Source: Candidatus Zixiibacteriota bacterium (GTDB lineage: Bacteria > RBG-13-66-14 > B26-G2 > WVWN01). Taken from it: a DNA stretch of 12,280 nt. Below, one piece after another: positions 9,903-12,280 of the stretch; the stretch's first letter is position 1, and each line of letters starts with the position of its first letter. The notes beneath the pieces are model-generated. The model searched no databases and was not told the origin of the DNA. It saw nothing but the letters and a program-made list of their open reading frames with translations. The stretch lies in assembly GCA_050117845.1 (NCBI GenBank), contig JASFLY010000046.1:1-12280 (forward strand), given 5' to 3'. The translations under genes were made by a program, and so were the position numbers.

Positions 9903-10316
9903 ATGGAAACTCAGGAACTCAAATGCACTTCATGCGGGGCCGCCCTCCATTACGTACCCGGCCAGGCCGTGATCACCTGTTCCCACTGCGGGACCGAGTT
10001 CGCCGTCGAGGGCGGGGCCGCCGTCGCGGGTCCCACCCTCCGGCCCACCGGATTCGGAAGTGACCCGCCGGCGTACGAGGCCGAGGTCCTGGCGCTCCTC
10101 CGCGCCGGACAGAAGATCCAGGCCATAAAGGTCGTACGCGCCCATACCGGCCTGGGTCTCCGCGAGGCCAAGGAACTCGTCGAATCGCTCGCGGCGCGGG
10201 AGGGCATCGTCGTTCCCGCGGCCGGCAACAAGGCCTGTATCTTGATCGTGGCCGTCCTCGTTTTTATCGTGACGACGGGCGTCGTCGCGTACCTGCTCAT
10301 GGCCCACGGCGGTTAG
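9903..10316 (+). CDS. Zn-ribbon + ribosomal L7/L12 C-terminal-domain-like + C-terminal TM protein (paralog 1)
   Basis: CTSCGA...CSHCGT; QKIQAIKVVRAHTGLGLREAKELVES; hydrophobic C-terminus. Start set at METQELKC by alignment with the paralog MEPKELRC. Confidence 0.88.
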   Translation: METQELKCTSCGAALHYVPGQAVITCSHCGTEFAVEGGAAVAGPTLRPTGFGSDPPAYEAEVLALLRAGQKIQAIKVVRAHTGLGLREAKELVESLAAREGIVVPAAGNKACILIVAVLVFIVTTGVVAYLLMAHGG

Positions 10317-10326
10317 GCCGGACGGG

Positions 10327-10428
10327 GTGGCGCAGACATTCCTGTTTGCGATAAGAAAAGCATGAATATCACCGGCAGGAATGCCGGTGGCACGAATACG
10401 ATGGGCGGCGCAGGCATTCTTGTCCGCG
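10327..10428. repeat. Three GTGG/TTCC-loop REP-like palindromes between the paralogs
   Basis: gtggcgcagacattcctgtttgcg (10327-10350); minus-strand gtgccaccggcattcctgccggtg (10370-10393); gcggcgcaggcattcttgtccgcg (10405-10428). Confidence 0.8.
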
Positions 10429-10438
10429 TAATAATTTA

Positions 10439-10900
10439 ATGGAACCCAAAGAACTCAGATGCACCGCCTGCGGGGCCGCGCTCCATTACGAGCCGGGCCA
10501 ACCGGTGATCGTCTGTTCCCATTGCGGGACCGAGTTCACTATTGACGAGGGGACGGGCGACGTCTACGTCGAGTATATGCTCGAGGAGGCCGAGCCCACG
10601 CCTCCCGCCCCGCCGATCCCGCCCAGCGGCTTCGCCGAGGATACCCGGCCCGTCTACGAACCCATCGTGTTATCCATGCTTCGGGCGGGGAAGAGAAACC
10701 CGGCGATTAAACTCGTACAGTCCGAAACCGGCCTGGGCCTCCGGGAGGCGGAGGAACTCGTCGACGCGCTCGCGGCCCGGGAGGGCGTCGTCCCCCCGCA
10801 GCCGGGCGGCAAGGAATGGATGTGGGTCGCGCTCGCCGTCGTCGGCCTACTCGCGGTTACGGGCTTTTTAGCGGCCTTTTTCCTGACGCAGAACGGGTAG
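10439..10900 (+). CDS. Zn-ribbon + L7/L12-CTD-like + C-terminal TM protein (paralog 2)
   Basis: CTACGA...CSHCGT; Pro-rich linker; RNPAIKLVQSETGLGLREAEELVDA; C-terminal TM. Confidence 0.88.
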   Translation: MEPKELRCTACGAALHYEPGQPVIVCSHCGTEFTIDEGTGDVYVEYMLEEAEPTPPAPPIPPSGFAEDTRPVYEPIVLSMLRAGKRNPAIKLVQSETGLGLREAEELVDALAAREGVVPPQPGGKEWMWVALAVVGLLAVTGFLAAFFLTQNG

Positions 10901-10992
10901 GCGGCAGGGGAGCGTTCCTGTCGGCCTCTGAGCCGTTCAACGTCCGGCCGCGAGAGCGGCCGGTTTTATATTCCGGACGCTCCTTCTTTTCC

Positions 10993-11021
10993 TTGACAGA
11001 CGCCGAATATTCTTCTACGCT
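10993..11021 (+). promoter_or_regulatory. Promoter for the lipoprotein gene
   Basis: TTGACA-17bp-TACGCT; SD GGAGG at 11040-11044. Confidence 0.6.
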
Positions 11022-11050
11022 TCGGGGGTGCGTAACGCAGGAGGTTTTAG

Positions 11051-11854
11051 GTGAGAGGTACGGTATTTTACGTGGTCATGGCGGCAGCCGTCGCGCTGGT
11101 CGGGGTCCTCGCCTGCGACGGCGACGAGACGACCGGTAGTGGGGAGCCGGATTATTGGCCCAACGCCGACGGTAACACCTGGGACTACAACACGACGGAC
11201 AGCGAGGCCGGTACGTACGAAACGTCGTACCGCATCGCCGGCGCGCGGACGGTGGGCGGCGTCGAGTGCCAGGAAATCCTTATATACCGGTCCGATTTGC
11301 CGAACGAGAGTTCGTCCCGGTTTATCGTCGACAACGACGAGGACCTCGTCTACTGCTACGGCGAAGAATTTACCGTCGACTCGCGGGTAACTAAAACGAA
11401 GACGTTCACCGCCAATACGTACCGCTATCCTTTCACGGTCGGCGCCACCTGGACGGTGTTCGACGGGGCCGGCGTTCTCCCCTCCAACATCCCGTTCGTC
11501 AGGGTGTGGAGCGACGACGTCGACCACGACGGCATCGACGACGCTTGCGACGTATCGATCCAGGCGGAGGTCGTGGCCAGGGAGGACGTAACCGTTCCGG
11601 CCGGGACGTTCGCGGGGTCCTACCGGGTACGGCACACCTCCAACGTCGTCATCAATCTGTCGTCGGGGGGCAACGCGTATATTGATACGCAGACCGACAA
11701 CTGGGTCCACCCGAGCGTCGGCATCGTCAAGATGCATATCGAGAGGGCCTGGCGGGACGGCGGCTTGGACGGCCCCGATTCCTGGGAATGCACGTCGGAC
11801 CTGCTCTCCTACGACGTCCATTTGCGAGGAGCCGAGAATAGCCGACGGTTATAG
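11051..11854 (+). CDS. Putative lipoprotein (VTVPAGTF motif; DUF3108/TapB-like beta fold)
   Basis: Signal peptide ending VLA-C. YWP...GNTW.Y, EDVTVPAGTF and W..P.VGIVK motifs. Acidic DVDHDGIDD loop (possible Ca2+ site). Confidence 0.85.
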   Translation: MRGTVFYVVMAAAVALVGVLACDGDETTGSGEPDYWPNADGNTWDYNTTDSEAGTYETSYRIAGARTVGGVECQEILIYRSDLPNESSSRFIVDNDEDLVYCYGEEFTVDSRVTKTKTFTANTYRYPFTVGATWTVFDGAGVLPSNIPFVRVWSDDVDHDGIDDACDVSIQAEVVAREDVTVPAGTFAGSYRVRHTSNVVINLSSGGNAYIDTQTDNWVHPSVGIVKMHIERAWRDGGLDGPDSWECTSDLLSYDVHLRGAENSRRL

Positions 11855-12224
11855 GAGAACAGGCAGGGTTATACTAATCGCGGCCGCGGTCGTTACGCTG
11901 GCGGTCGTGGTGAGTTGCATTCTTTTTTATGTTCTGGTAATCCGCGGGGCGGGCTCCGCTTATACGACGCGTACCCCTAAAGAAGGCGATGAAGAATCGT
12001 TGCCGGCGGAGGTCGTCGCCGACGGCGGCCTTCACGTGCGATCGGCGCCTTCCATAGAGGGCCGGGTAATAGCCGAACTCGAGAAGGGCGACGAGGTAAA
12101 AGTGTTGGATAAGGGAACCGGCCGGCGGTGGATTAAGATTGAAACGGCGGCCGGGGAAGTGGGGTGGGTCAAGGCCGACACGGCGGCCGGCTCCACGTTG
12201 GCTTTCGCGGAGGCCGACGAGTAG
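11838..12224 (+). CDS. Membrane-anchored SH3b (SH3_3) domain protein; start uncertain (ATA)
   Basis: TM VILIAAAVVTLAVVVSCILFYVLVI; SH3b GLHVRSAPS...VIAELEKGDEVKVL......WIKIET..G.VGWV. SD GAGGAG lies 6 nt before the in-frame ATA 11838. Confidence 0.8.
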   Translation: MADGYRRTGRVILIAAAVVTLAVVVSCILFYVLVIRGAGSAYTTRTPKEGDEESLPAEVVADGGLHVRSAPSIEGRVIAELEKGDEVKVLDKGTGRRWIKIETAAGEVGWVKADTAAGSTLAFAEADE

Positions 12225-12268
12225 GTGGCGCAGACATTCCACGAGTGGCACAGACATTCCTGTCTGTG
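12225..12268 (+). repeat. Tandem GTGG/TTCC-loop REP (half copy plus full copy)
   Basis: gtggcgcagacattcc-acga-gtggcacagacattcctgtctgtg. Confidence 0.8.
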
Positions 12269-12280
12269 GGGAGTATGCAC

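Noticed and set aside
9903..10900. Annotating these as ribosomal rplL
   Set aside because: No L12 N-terminal dimerisation domain or Ala hinge, not next to rplJ/rpoB, and both carry a Zn-ribbon and a TM helix.

Overview
GC-rich bacterial window, probably from a diderm uncultured lineage. In order it holds: two tandem secreted NHL-repeat (beta-propeller) genes sharing a C-terminal 'AP(A/S)S(I/L)GRVKALY' tail and a duplicated 3' UTR; a cluster of GTAG-type REP palindromes; a stand-alone 23S-5S rRNA unit with its own promoter, boxA, processing stem and terminator but no 16S gene; a hicBA toxin-antitoxin pair bracketed by two ~180 bp direct repeats built from REP-like hairpins; an AT-rich islet with a structured leader and two membrane-protein ORFs; and an envelope cluster (Zn-ribbon/NTF2-like/TM/SH3b protein, small outer-membrane beta-barrel, two tandem Zn-ribbon/L7-L12-CTD-like/TM paralogs, a lipoprotein, a TM-SH3b protein). 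The most unusual points are a GCAA instead of GAGA sarcin-ricin tetraloop, membrane-anchored L12-CTD-like proteins, the repeat-bounded TA cassette, and the putative C-terminal sorting signal. All calls are made by eye; no searches were run.
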